Assembly: GCA_963677595.1 (NCBI GenBank)
Contig: OY782041.1
Span: forward strand, 2,880,001 to 2,944,000
Length of the DNA stretch: 64,000 nucleotides
DNA from: Spirochaetia bacterium
Lineage (GTDB): Bacteria > Spirochaetota > Spirochaetia > CAKZLE01
Direction: 5' to 3'
Below the pieces are notes generated by a model. The model had not been told where the DNA came from, did no database searches, and saw nothing but the letters and a program-made list of their open reading frames with translations. Positions within the stretch are counted from its first letter, which is position 1. Every line of letters begins with the position of its first letter. A program made the translations under genes and the position numbers. Shown in pieces: positions 48,228 to 58,157 of this stretch.

Positions 48228-49238
48228 TCAGCCCTTGACCGCCCCGAAGGCAAGGCCCTTCACCAGGTACTTCTGGAAGAAGATGATGACGATGATGATC
48301 GGGATCGTGATCGATACCGAGGCCGCTGCGGCGATCGCCCGGTACGCCGCATCCTCACCGCTGGTATACGAAGCGATGGCAACCGGCAGTGTCCAGTTGG
48401 CCTGGGTCAGGAGCTTCGGCATGAGGAACTCGTTGTAGGCAAGCAGCAGGGTGAATAGGCTGGTAGTGATGATCCCCGGCCAGGCGATGGGGATGATGAC
48501 CCGGAAGAAGGATTCGAGCCGTCCCGCCCCGTCGATCATGGCTGCCTCCTCGATCTCCTTCGGTATATCCATGAAGAAGGATCTCAGCATCCAGATGGTG
48601 AACGGCTGGTTGATCGCGACCATGACGATGATCAGGAGGAATCGGGTGTCATAGAGGTGGGTCATCTGCCCGAGGTAGTAGTAGGGAAGGCTGAAAGCCA
48701 TCCTCGGCAGTGCGCGGAACCCGAGGGCGGCGATCAGGATGACAACGCCCCAGATCTTGCTGTAGCGCGCCAGTGCGTAGCCGCCGATACAGCCGATGGT
48801 GATCGATACGACCAGGGTTCCTACCGTGACGATGAGCGAGTTGAGGAAGTAGTTGTAGAATTTCGACATGCTTGCGAACCGGGGCAGGAGCAGCAGGACC
48901 AGGAGGATGGCAGCTGCTGCGATCATATTGGTCTTCGGCTTTGAGAGCCACTCATATTTCACGGAGAGGACGGCGAAGATGACGATGAGTGCCATGATCA
49001 CCAGGATCGCTATGGCATAGGGGAGGAACTCGGACCCTTCCATATAGAGCCAGAGTTTCGAGTAGTTGCCCATGGTGGGCTTGAAGCCCCACAGCTTCGG
49101 TCTCGGGTTGTTAGCCTCCACAGGGAACTTGATCGAGGTGAGCAGGCTCCAGACGAAGGGCATCACGCTGTAGACGACCAGCAGCATCAGGGCCAGGTAT
49201 ATCAGGATCCTTCCGATAGGGTTCTTCACTTTTTCCAT
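48228..49238 (-). CDS. Carbohydrate ABC permease (MalG-like)
   Basis: FFMDIPKEIEEAAMIDGA, QKYLVKGLAFGAVKG. Confidence 0.92.
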   Translation of the reverse strand: MEKVKNPIGRILIYLALMLLVVYSVMPFVWSLLTSIKFPVEANNPRPKLWGFKPTMGNYSKLWLYMEGSEFLPYAIAILVIMALIVIFAVLSVKYEWLSKPKTNMIAAAAILLVLLLLPRFASMSKFYNYFLNSLIVTVGTLVVSITIGCIGGYALARYSKIWGVVILIAALGFRALPRMAFSLPYYYLGQMTHLYDTRFLLIIVMVAINQPFTIWMLRSFFMDIPKEIEEAAMIDGAGRLESFFRVIIPIAWPGIITTSLFTLLLAYNEFLMPKLLTQANWTLPVAIASYTSGEDAAYRAIAAAASVSITIPIIIVIIFFQKYLVKGLAFGAVKG

Positions 49239-50098
49239 TATCTGCTCTCCATCTGCTGTTTGTAGGTGATCCTCAGGAAGGGGATGAGTACCACGAAGAT
49301 CCCGATGACGGTGAGGATCGACATGGCATTGGCCTTCCCGAGCCGGCCGAACATGACGGCTACCTTGTAGTTATAGTACATGACCGTATCTGCGCGGAAC
49401 AGCGGGTTCTGCTTGGTGATGACCAGCACCTGGTCCAATACCCGGTAGGCATCCATCACGCCCATCAGGCTGATGAAGAGGAACAGGCTCCGCAGGTGGG
49501 GCAGGATGATATGCCAGAGCTTGCCGATCCGGCCGGCGCCGTCCACTGTCGCAGCCTCCATGAGCTGTTTCGGCAGGGTCTGCAGTCCGGCGAAGAGGGT
49601 GATCATGGCGAACGGCGTCACCTGCCAGATCCCCTGGCCGATGATCAGCAGCCGCACGGTGGTCGTGGTCATGGTGAAGTCGTAGTCGAAGAGGACCCTC
49701 AACAGGTACCAGTAGAGCCCTGATCGGTCGAACATCGTCCGGAACATCAGGGAGCCGACTACCGGCGTGATGATGTGCGGGATCAGCGCAGCCGCTATGA
49801 AGACGCCCCTGAAGGCCGTCACCTGGTCAAGGAGCAGGGCGATCGCGAACCCCAGGAGCATCGAGATCGGGACGACGGTCACGATGTAGATGAACGTGAA
49901 CTTGAAGGATGCCCAGAAGTCAGGGTCGCTCAGCATCTCGGTATAGTTCTGGAGTCCCACGAACTGCGGGTCCTCAAGGTTCGAATAGGTCACGAAGTTG
50001 AAACCAAGGACCACCGCCGTGATCAGCGGCAGGACCATGAGCAGGATCATGATGGTCACCGAGGGACTCACGAATCCGAAAAACGTCTTATCATTCAT
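49238..50098 (-). CDS. Carbohydrate ABC permease (MalF-like)
   Basis: FVGLQNY, LAGLQ-like LFAGLQTLP, EAATVDGA. Confidence 0.92.
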   Translation of the reverse strand: MNDKTFFGFVSPSVTIMILLMVLPLITAVVLGFNFVTYSNLEDPQFVGLQNYTEMLSDPDFWASFKFTFIYIVTVVPISMLLGFAIALLLDQVTAFRGVFIAAALIPHIITPVVGSLMFRTMFDRSGLYWYLLRVLFDYDFTMTTTTVRLLIIGQGIWQVTPFAMITLFAGLQTLPKQLMEAATVDGAGRIGKLWHIILPHLRSLFLFISLMGVMDAYRVLDQVLVITKQNPLFRADTVMYYNYKVAVMFGRLGKANAMSILTVIGIFVVLIPFLRITYKQQMESR

Positions 50099-50125
50099 AG
50101 CAAACTACCTTACTTGTCTTGAAAA

Positions 50126-50164
50126 ATGAGCCTGATCCTTCATGGTACCAGGAATCAGGCTCAT
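50126..50164 (-). terminator. Intercistronic stem-loop after the binding-protein gene
   Basis: ATGAGCCTGAT...ATCAGGCTCAT. Confidence 0.6.
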
Positions 50165-50198
50165 CTCATAATCTTTTTATCTTGGAGTACTGGGATCC

Positions 50199-51509
50199 CT
50201 AGAGGTAGCCCTGCTTGGTCGCTTCCTCGACATAGAGGGCTGCGGCCTCGTCAAGGACCTCCTGCACGCTCTTATCGCCGTTCACTACGGTCGGAAGCAC
50301 GTTCTCTATGGCCGTCCGTGCAAGCTTGCCTGCCGGGTTGGTCCCGTAGTTGGATGCACCGTTGGCGATAGTCTCCTGGGCTGCGGCAAGATACCTTCCG
50401 CCTGCACCGGCTTCTGCCACGGCACTCCTGGTGACCATGCCGTAGTCGGCAGCGGCCATCTGGCTCTCGAGGTCAGCAGCTTCCATGATGACCTGGAAGA
50501 TCAGCTCTTCGTCCACGTCGACGTTCGCCGGGATGCAGTAGAAGTCAGCAGCAGCAGGTCCTGCATGGGGCCCTCCCTCCACGACTCTCGGTGCCGGGGC
50601 GAACCCGATCTTCCCTACATAGAGGGACTTCTCCGGGTCGTCCATGTTCGCAGCCCTGGAGGTCCAGGTCATGCAGGAGGCCAGGGTCCCGGTCTCCATG
50701 CCGATCTCCGAGTCATCGATACTCCAGGTCAGGCCGACATCGCCCATGCATGCCTCATAGACTTCCAGCATCTTCTCGACTGCCAGGACGCCTGCAGGGC
50801 TGTTGAAGGCAGGGGTGTTGTCCGCATTGAGCCAATCCCCGCCTGCAGCCTTCAGGAAGTTGTGGAACTCGACCCTCCAGGCCCAGCCTGCATGCAGGTT
50901 GATGGTGAAGGGGAGGTCTATGCTCCCCTCAGCCTTCAGGACCTTGGCCGTGGCGATGACGTCATCGTAGGTGTCAGGCACTTCCAGACCGTATTTGTCA
51001 AAGAGCTCCATATTGTAGAAGTAGTTCATCGAGTTTGCGATGATGGGGATCCCATAGATATTGCCTTCATAGGAGCCGAGCTCATACATGGCATCCGAGA
51101 TATCGCCGAGGTCGTACTTGGTGGAATAGGTATCGATCAGGTCGTTCAGCGGCATGAGCCAGCCTTCTGAAGCGAGTTCGATCACCAGTGCGTCGTCCGC
51201 ATGGACGATCTCGTACGGGGAGGTACCCCCGCCCGAGAGGGCGAGCCTCATCTGCTCCTTGGCAGAGCCGGAGTCCAGCAGCTGGACATTGACCTGGAGA
51301 TTCTTCACCGAGTTGCTCTTCTCGAGTTCCCCAGCATAGAACTCAGTGATCGGGTATCTCCAGCCGATCATGTCTACCGTCGTGGCCTTCGCAGGTACCG
51401 TGATGGCACTCTCCTCTACAGCAGCCGGTTCCTGTGCCCCGCCGGCGAAGAGCGCCATGGACGGTATCAGACATACCATGATCATCAATACAACGATTCT
51501 TCTGTTCAT
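50199..51509 (-). CDS. Extracellular solute-binding protein (family 1)
   Basis: LFAGGAQE signal, GWLMPL, YGIP, YNMELF, PDTYDD. Confidence 0.9.
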   Translation of the reverse strand: MNRRIVVLMIMVCLIPSMALFAGGAQEPAAVEESAITVPAKATTVDMIGWRYPITEFYAGELEKSNSVKNLQVNVQLLDSGSAKEQMRLALSGGGTSPYEIVHADDALVIELASEGWLMPLNDLIDTYSTKYDLGDISDAMYELGSYEGNIYGIPIIANSMNYFYNMELFDKYGLEVPDTYDDVIATAKVLKAEGSIDLPFTINLHAGWAWRVEFHNFLKAAGGDWLNADNTPAFNSPAGVLAVEKMLEVYEACMGDVGLTWSIDDSEIGMETGTLASCMTWTSRAANMDDPEKSLYVGKIGFAPAPRVVEGGPHAGPAAADFYCIPANVDVDEELIFQVIMEAADLESQMAAADYGMVTRSAVAEAGAGGRYLAAAQETIANGASNYGTNPAGKLARTAIENVLPTVVNGDKSVQEVLDEAAALYVEEATKQGYL

Positions 51510-51566
51510 AATTCCCCCTTTGCGTGACTGACAACGTGGTCAGTTCATGTATCCATGCTACCACTG

Positions 51567-51580
51567 TTGTAAGCTTACGT
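51567..51580. promoter_or_regulatory. Candidate operator TTGTAAGCTTACGT in the divergent promoter region
   Basis: Reverse complement of 48151-48164. Confidence 0.65.
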
Positions 51581-51942
51581 CAAATAAAAAATACATAAAT
51601 TCATAAAATTGTACTACACATCGTATATTACAAGGTTTACACATCTGACAGATAGTATAAACCGTAAACTTGATAGCAAGCAGTGTGCAAACATATATAA
51701 CTTTCGAAATATAAACAAATTACTAATATAAAATCGGTAGCAGTACGTGCAGGATCATTACCGGTATGTAGGAATTAACTGAAATTATCTTCATGAATGT
51801 GGGTTTTATTGTATCTTTACTGTAATAAACTGTAATATAATCTGTACGCTAAAAATTGAATTTTATTATTGAGTTTTCCCTGAACCTGTCGTATAGTGAT
51901 ACTAGGACAGACGTGAGGAAGAGATATAAAGGAGATTGTCCT

Positions 51943-52962
51943 ATGGGCAGATTCACAGAGGCGAAGAAGATCGTCCGGGCGTACTTCAATGACCTGGAGC
52001 AAGCGTCAGTTGACAGCGTACTGGAAGTGATCGAATCATATACGCATGAGAACTATTCCTGGAGAGGGGTCTACCCCTTCCGGGAGCAGCCGGATGCGGC
52101 ATCGGCTGTGCAGGTGTTCTGGGCTCCGCTGCTGAAGGCGGTATCCCATATACAGCGGAGGCAAGATATCTTCATCGCCGGTGACAATGAGATCTCAGAG
52201 GGAACCTGGGTCATGAGTATGGGCCACTTCATGGGGCTCTTCGACCGGGAGTGGCTCGGGATCAGGCCCACAGGGAAGATGGTGAGTCTCCGGTATGCGG
52301 AATTCAACCGTGTCGAGGATGGGAAGATTACGGAGACCGGCCTGTTCGTCGACCTCATCGGGTTCATGGGGCAGGCGGGTGTCTATCCGCTTCCCCCGGC
52401 TACCGGGCAGTACTTCATCTATCCGGGGCCGAGAGGGCATGACGGGCTCCTGTTCGAGGATGCCCCGCCGCAGGATGGGGAGAAGACCCTTGGACTGGTG
52501 AACCAGATGGTGCAGGACCTCTCGGACCTGAATGAGAGCGGCTCCATGGGCTGTGCCCCAGAAGTGCTGGAACGGACCTGGACGGATGACATGATCTGGT
52601 ACGGTCCGGCTGGGATCGGTGCCAGTTACACGATCCCCCGCTACCAGAGGCAGCACCAGCTGCCCTTCAGGAGCAGCCTCGAGGGGAAGAAGTTCCTCGG
52701 CCACCGCTGCAGGTTCGCAGAAGGGGACTTCGCCTGTTTCTTCGGCTGGCCGAACCTGGTCAACAGGCCGGTCGGCGGTTTCCTCGGACTTCCCGGGGGC
52801 AGCGCCGTCGCTGCGGAGATGCAGGTCGTGGATGTCTATTGCCGGAGGGGCGACAAGCTCTCAGAGAACTGGGTGTTCATCGACTTGCCCTGGTGGCTGA
52901 AACAGCAGGGCCTCGACATCTTCGAGCGGACAGCCGCTATCTTCAACCCCCGGCTGGGATAG
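51943..52962 (+). CDS. Two-domain SnoaL/NTF2-like ester cyclase family protein
   Basis: WLGIRPTGK, WYGPAGIG, FFGWPNL, ENWVFIDL; AAGGAG RBS before ATG 51943. Confidence 0.8.
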   Translation: MGRFTEAKKIVRAYFNDLEQASVDSVLEVIESYTHENYSWRGVYPFREQPDAASAVQVFWAPLLKAVSHIQRRQDIFIAGDNEISEGTWVMSMGHFMGLFDREWLGIRPTGKMVSLRYAEFNRVEDGKITETGLFVDLIGFMGQAGVYPLPPATGQYFIYPGPRGHDGLLFEDAPPQDGEKTLGLVNQMVQDLSDLNESGSMGCAPEVLERTWTDDMIWYGPAGIGASYTIPRYQRQHQLPFRSSLEGKKFLGHRCRFAEGDFACFFGWPNLVNRPVGGFLGLPGGSAVAAEMQVVDVYCRRGDKLSENWVFIDLPWWLKQQGLDIFERTAAIFNPRLG

Positions 52963-53012
52963 GATGTGCCGGCTTTTGCCGTAGAGATACCAAAACATAG
53001 CAGGAAGATCGT

Positions 53013-53594
53013 ATGGATAATGAAACAAGAGACAAACGGAAGGAATGGGAAGCGTTCGTGAATACCTGTGAGTTCAGGGATACCGATGAGGTAGCAGAAT
53101 ACTTCGAGAAATACACCCAGCTCATACATGACTACAAGATGATCGGGCGGATCTATGACTGTTATGACGATGATATCGTCATGAACCGTTCGAGCGGGGT
53201 CAAGATACAGGGGCTGACGAACATCTTCGGCCGCTCGATGCAGCTGCTGACGACAGTCCCCGACCTGCAGTATGAGTTCCTCGACATCTTCGCTGAGGGG
53301 AATCCCGAGGACGGGTACTCCTTCGCGCAGCTGACAGTGAACCACGGGACCTTCAGCGGGTATTCCCGGGCAGGGGAGCCGTCAGGAAGGAACTATGACG
53401 ATCCGTTCCCGAAGTACGGGATCTGCGAATGCTTCGTGGAGAAGGTCGACGGCAGGTGGATGATCACCAGAGAGTGGGTAGGCGATTCTGAGTTCTACGA
53501 TGACTACCTGCTGGGGATCACCGACACGCTCGACGGGTCGAGGGTTGACACGGAATTGAAAGAAACGGGAGAAGAGGAGGCAGTCGATGCGTGA
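53013..53594 (+). CDS. Single-domain SnoaL-like protein
   Basis: KMIGRIYDCY, VPDL, GTFSG..GEPSG, W.IT.EW. Confidence 0.65.
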   Translation: MDNETRDKRKEWEAFVNTCEFRDTDEVAEYFEKYTQLIHDYKMIGRIYDCYDDDIVMNRSSGVKIQGLTNIFGRSMQLLTTVPDLQYEFLDIFAEGNPEDGYSFAQLTVNHGTFSGYSRAGEPSGRNYDDPFPKYGICECFVEKVDGRWMITREWVGDSEFYDDYLLGITDTLDGSRVDTELKETGEEEAVDA

Positions 53595-54090
53595 GAACCC
53601 CATAGACAGGATACTCCAGGTCTCGAGGCGGCTTGATGACCTTGAGATCAAGACAGCTAACGATGTGAAAGAGTATATCAGCCTGGTGACCGAGCTGATC
53701 TATGACCAAAAGATGATCGGGAAGGTCTATGACTATTATGCCGATGATGCAGACGTGGTACTCCAGAGCAGGATCAACCTGAAAGGGCCCGATGAGGTCT
53801 CCTATGACATCATGCAGTTCTGCACGGCATTCCCCGACCTGCGGGCTGAGGTGAGGAACATCATCGTGCAGCAGGATGAAAAGGGGTTCAAGGCCTTCAG
53901 GCGGGTAAACTTCTCCGGTACCAATACCGGGACAAGCATCTACGGGCCCCCTACGGGCAAGAGCCTGGGGGACGAGTGTCTCTGCATGAGTTACATGAAA
54001 CTCAGGGAGGTTGATGGGTCATGGAAGATCTCGCAGGAGATCACCAACAACAGCGAACGGCAGATACGGCAGACGCTGACGGCTGAATGA
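53587..54090 (+). CDS. Single-domain SnoaL-like ester cyclase
   Basis: KMIGKVYDYY, AFPDL, GTNTG..YGPPTGK, WKISQE. Confidence 0.75.
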   Translation: MRENPIDRILQVSRRLDDLEIKTANDVKEYISLVTELIYDQKMIGKVYDYYADDADVVLQSRINLKGPDEVSYDIMQFCTAFPDLRAEVRNIIVQQDEKGFKAFRRVNFSGTNTGTSIYGPPTGKSLGDECLCMSYMKLREVDGSWKISQEITNNSERQIRQTLTAE

Positions 54091-54105
54091 TACGATTGGC
54101 AGGAG

Positions 54106-55143
54106 ATGATCATGAATAGTGTACACGACAGGAATAAGAGACTCATTGCACGATATCGGGCAGCCTTGTATGACTTGGAACCAACGAAGCTCCTCACCGT
54201 CATGAAGGAGGTCTTCTCTGAGGACTGTATTTTCCATATGTGCTCACCCTTCGGGGATATCATCGGGCCTGAGGCGTATTATGAGGCGGTATTCTGTCCG
54301 ATGCTCACCGCCATGCCCGACCTCGAGCGGCGTGACTACATCGACGTGGCCGGGGACTCGAAGGGGGTCGACTGGGTTGGCAGCTGCGGCTACTGGATCG
54401 GTGTCTTCGAGCAGCCCTGGCTTGATATACCGCCGACCTGCCACCCGATCGCGATGCGGTACCATGAGTTCTTCAAGGTCGAATCCGGGAAGGTCGTGGA
54501 GTTCCAGGGGATCTGGGACATGGTCCACTTCATGATGCAGGCGGATGCATGGCCTCTTGCTCCCAGTCTTGGTATGGACTGGGTCGGCCCGGCGCCGGCT
54601 CTACAGAACGGCCTGCAAGCCGGGGATCGCGATGAAGCCATGGCTAAGGCTTCCTGCGACCTCATCCTCGACATGCTGACCCATATGAACCGGTATCCCA
54701 GCCAGGGGACCCGTGATGTCATGGAGATGGAGCGGTTCTGGCACCCGAAGATGACCTGGTACGGTCCGGCAGGGATCGGGACTAACCGGAGGATCAGCGG
54801 GTTCACCAACTGGCATTCGATCCCCTTCCTTAAGGCCCTGCCTGACCGGGGGGATACGACCGGGCTCGATGACCATTTCTTCGGGGACGGCCATTACGCT
54901 GCCTGTACCGGCTGGCCGAACATGCAGATGACCATCAGCGGTGACGGCTGGATGGGCCTGCCCCCTGTGGGGAAGAAGCTCACGATGAAGAGTTTGGATT
55001 TCTGGCGGGAGGAGAAGGGCCTGATCCGGGAGAACTGGGTCTTAATAGACCTGCTGGACATCTACGACCAGCTGGGAGTGGATGTCTTCTCGAGGATGCG
55101 TGAGCGTACGGTCGCACGACAGCAGGTCAGGCCGGCACTGTAA
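54106..55143 (+). CDS. Two-domain SnoaL/NTF2-like ester cyclase family protein
   Basis: MPDLERR, WLDIPPT, WYGPAGIG, GWPNM, ENWVLIDL; paralog of 51943-52962. Confidence 0.8.
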   Translation: MIMNSVHDRNKRLIARYRAALYDLEPTKLLTVMKEVFSEDCIFHMCSPFGDIIGPEAYYEAVFCPMLTAMPDLERRDYIDVAGDSKGVDWVGSCGYWIGVFEQPWLDIPPTCHPIAMRYHEFFKVESGKVVEFQGIWDMVHFMMQADAWPLAPSLGMDWVGPAPALQNGLQAGDRDEAMAKASCDLILDMLTHMNRYPSQGTRDVMEMERFWHPKMTWYGPAGIGTNRRISGFTNWHSIPFLKALPDRGDTTGLDDHFFGDGHYAACTGWPNMQMTISGDGWMGLPPVGKKLTMKSLDFWREEKGLIRENWVLIDLLDIYDQLGVDVFSRMRERTVARQQVRPAL

Positions 55144-55192
55144 CGATAGTGAAGTTCAGGATACCCAGTCTGTGACCCGCAGGCCGGGTACC

Positions 55193-55381
55193 TTACGGCT
55201 CTTTTACATCTCTATCCTCTATCGACCCGAACAGTTCCTGGTAGCCCTCAGGATAGGATGAGTCCAGTTTTTCTCTAAGCTGCGTCACCACCCAATTCGA
55301 GATTGAAGTCTTAGCAGCATTAGCTGCCTCCTGGATCATCTTCAGTGTCTCTTTGTCGACATACAATGATATCTGGGGCAT
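55193..55381 (-). CDS. Small RHH antitoxin-like protein (orphan)
   Basis: MPQISLYVD..AA..SISNWV..YPEG..LFGSIED; GAGGAG RBS. Confidence 0.6.
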   Translation of the reverse strand: MPQISLYVDKETLKMIQEAANAAKTSISNWVVTQLREKLDSSYPEGYQELFGSIEDRDVKEP

Positions 55382-55445
55382 CGACTCCTCCTCATGTGAA
55401 AGTATACGTCACGAGGGATGTACTTGAACAGATACTTGTTTGAAT

Positions 55446-56021
55446 TCAAGCCCTGTCCTGAAGGTGCATGTGCTCACCGGCTATGCCTGTCTGGCGGTCC
55501 AGCCCCTGGATCGCCGGCAGGATGACCCCGGCAAGTCGTTCCAGGTCCTCCGGGTGTTCCTTCAGGCAGTATGTGCTGGTCTCATCGGCCTTGGCAGCTT
55601 CCGATACCTTACAGAATTGTGCGATATGGAGGTCGAGGAACAGGGCCAGGTCCTTCCCGAGTACCTTCTTGAGCTGTCCGACCGGTTTCGTGTTCGGCCC
55701 GAGCGCCCCGCCGCTCAGGGCAACGAAGGCATATCTGCCGACCTGCTTCCTGATGGCCTTCATGCAGGTCATGAGCGGGGAACAGATATGGAACATCCAG
55801 ACCGGCCCCATGAACAGTACGAGGTCGTATTGTTTTACCTGTTCAGGGATCGCCTGTACGGCAGCGTTCCTGTGGAACACCATATCGAGGACGATCTGCT
55901 TGACGGTCCTCTCCTTCGTCTCGACCAGCCGGAAGGTGTCGGCCCTGAGTCTCGCTGCGACCTGCTCGGCCAATACTGCGTTGTTTCCTGTATAGGAATA
56001 ATAGATGATCAAGGTCCTCAT
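55446..56021 (-). CDS. Flavodoxin-like protein
   Basis: IIYYSYTGNNAVLA, LFMGPVW. Confidence 0.75.
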   Translation of the reverse strand: MRTLIIYYSYTGNNAVLAEQVAARLRADTFRLVETKERTVKQIVLDMVFHRNAAVQAIPEQVKQYDLVLFMGPVWMFHICSPLMTCMKAIRKQVGRYAFVALSGGALGPNTKPVGQLKKVLGKDLALFLDLHIAQFCKVSEAAKADETSTYCLKEHPEDLERLAGVILPAIQGLDRQTGIAGEHMHLQDRA

Positions 56022-57016
56022 AGTCTCTCTCCTCCTTGTCTGTGATAGTTCTCTCGCAGGAACGTGAGCATCCTGCTGTTCACCTCATCCGGCTTCTCCA
56101 CGTTCAGGCTGTGCCCCGTCCCCTCGACCAGTGCTATCTGGGCATGGGGCAGGGCGTTCCCTGCCGCGAGGGCGAATGCTCCCGGGTCCTTGTAGATGAT
56201 CGGCTTGCCGCCCGCCAGGATCAGTACCGGCATGTCTACCATGGTCAACTCCTCCGGGGCGTAGACCCGGTGCTGCGGCACGTCCATCATGCCGACGGTC
56301 CCGTACTCGATCACATCGATCATGTGCTCCAGCCAGATGTCGGATTCAGTATCAGCGAAGCCTCCCCCGATCCAGCTGAAGAACTCGCGGTACTTCTCCC
56401 TGCTCGGGAAGAGCATGAAGTACCTGAACCCCTGCCATGCCATGATCCCGCTCATCTTCATGAATGTTTCCGACGGGTCAAGCATGATCACGGCAGAGAT
56501 CTCCTGCGGTATCTCGCGTGCCAGGGCCAGTGATAACCAGCTCCCGTAGGAGAGTCCTGCTACTGCCGTCCTGTCATAGCCGTACTGGTCCAGCAGGGCC
56601 TGAAACCATGCGGCATAGTCCGTGATATCTGCGATCTTTCTGTCAGACGGTTCTCCCTTCCCGCCGAAAACGAGGAGGTCGACTGCGTATACTCGATACT
56701 CCTCAGCCAGTGCGGAGGCATTCGCGTACCACATCGTGGCATCCGCGAAGAGCCCCGGAAGCAGGAATACCGGCTGTGCATCCTCCGGTCCTGCGATGAT
56801 GATATGGGTCCTCCCGTAGTCAGTGTCGACCCAGTCCTCGGTGTAGGCTGTCTCCCACAATCCCATGACTTGGTCGTAGCTCCGGTATGCTGCAGCCCGT
56901 GCTTCATCATCGGCATACAGGTCTGTAGACTCTTCTGTATACTTGTTCGTCGAACAGCCGGTGAAGAATGCGACGGCGATGATGCAGATGCTTATCCCTA
57001 TCCTTTTCCCTCTCAT
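56018..57016 (-). CDS. Alpha/beta hydrolase lipoprotein
   Basis: Lipobox FTGC, nucleophile elbow GLSYG, GTGHSL. Confidence 0.88.
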   Translation of the reverse strand: MRGKRIGISICIIAVAFFTGCSTNKYTEESTDLYADDEARAAAYRSYDQVMGLWETAYTEDWVDTDYGRTHIIIAGPEDAQPVFLLPGLFADATMWYANASALAEEYRVYAVDLLVFGGKGEPSDRKIADITDYAAWFQALLDQYGYDRTAVAGLSYGSWLSLALAREIPQEISAVIMLDPSETFMKMSGIMAWQGFRYFMLFPSREKYREFFSWIGGGFADTESDIWLEHMIDVIEYGTVGMMDVPQHRVYAPEELTMVDMPVLILAGGKPIIYKDPGAFALAAGNALPHAQIALVEGTGHSLNVEKPDEVNSRMLTFLRENYHRQGGERL

Positions 57017-57050
57017 GATCTCCCTCCTGTGATCTGGTGTGTCTGTAATA

Positions 57051-57108
57051 TAAACGACCGTTTAGTTATTTGCAAGAGTTGGGAGATAAAAAAATAAACA
57101 AATGTTGA
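57051..57108. promoter_or_regulatory. Candidate TetR operators in divergent promoter
   Basis: Palindrome TAAACG-AC-CGTTTA at 57051-57064 and related TAAACAAATGTTGA at 57095-57108. Confidence 0.5.
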
Positions 57109-57139
57109 TTTTTTTAGAGAACTCTGAGATACTCATCCT

Positions 57140-57778
57140 ATGAGCAGACCAAAAAAATCAGAGATGGACCCGACACCGACAAAAGAACGACTCTACCGGA
57201 AAGCCCTGGAACTCTTTTCCAAGAAAGGTTTTGATGCTGTTTCAGTGAGGACGATCACGCGATCGCTTGGCTTGAACGAAGCGACCCTCTACATCTATTA
57301 CAAGAACAAGTCAGCCCTGCTGGCAGAGATCCTGGAACGGCTGGAAGCCAAACTCATCATCCCGGGGTTCAGGGTCCCGCCCCCTGAACACTTTATGCCG
57401 CTGGAAGACTTCGACCTGCACAGCTTCCTCATGGAGGGTGCGAGACGCTTCTTCTCCATGGCTGATGAAGAGGTGCTGATGACCTGGAGGCTGCTGATGA
57501 TCAGTCAGTATACCTATCCCTCTGCCCGGGACAGCATCGAGAACCACCTGCTGAACACCCCGGTCCGTTTCTTCACGGGGATGCTGGAGAACATCGCGAA
57601 GGCAGGCCTGATCAAGGAGGATGTGGACTGCAGTTCACTGGGGAAGGTGATAGGCTCGCTATTCTTCGATTACTCCTTCCGTGCCAACCTGAAGGCTGCT
57701 TGGGACAGGGATCAGGAAGGGGAGATGCAGAACCTATCAGATGAGATCAGGCTGGTAGTGAGGTTGGTTGCGATATAG
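57140..57778 (+). CDS. TetR/AcrR regulator
   Basis: ALELFSKKGFDAVSVRTI..ATLYIYYKNKSALL. Confidence 0.92.
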   Translation: MSRPKKSEMDPTPTKERLYRKALELFSKKGFDAVSVRTITRSLGLNEATLYIYYKNKSALLAEILERLEAKLIIPGFRVPPPEHFMPLEDFDLHSFLMEGARRFFSMADEEVLMTWRLLMISQYTYPSARDSIENHLLNTPVRFFTGMLENIAKAGLIKEDVDCSSLGKVIGSLFFDYSFRANLKAAWDRDQEGEMQNLSDEIRLVVRLVAI

Positions 57779-58157
57779 CGTTACCACCTTCTTCTCTCTG
57801 GTGGTGCATTGCAGAACATATTAGGAGATTCGTATGAGTATGAGGCTTACTCTTACGATCGATGAGACCGTATCCCAGTTGATGGGCAGTAACGCTGTCC
57901 CTGCTAACAGATTAAAATCCAAACTGTTTCAATAAAACGAGATAGACTTAATTCAAAGCGTACCCAATACCATTCCCAAAATTCATATTTACAGGCTTCT
58001 TATGTTGTATTATACTTAACATATGAAAAGTAGTTGTAGATTCAAAAAATGTATATCAAGAAAATCTCAGTGTGCTTCGCTCATATTCCAGATAGATGGT
58101 TTTCCAACGGAACGTATGATATGAAAGAAGCTGTTCTCTTGGCTGAGAAGAAAATTA

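Noticed and set aside
51943-55143. Polyketide biosynthetic cluster
   Set aside because: No KS, ACP or tailoring genes; the context is solute uptake.
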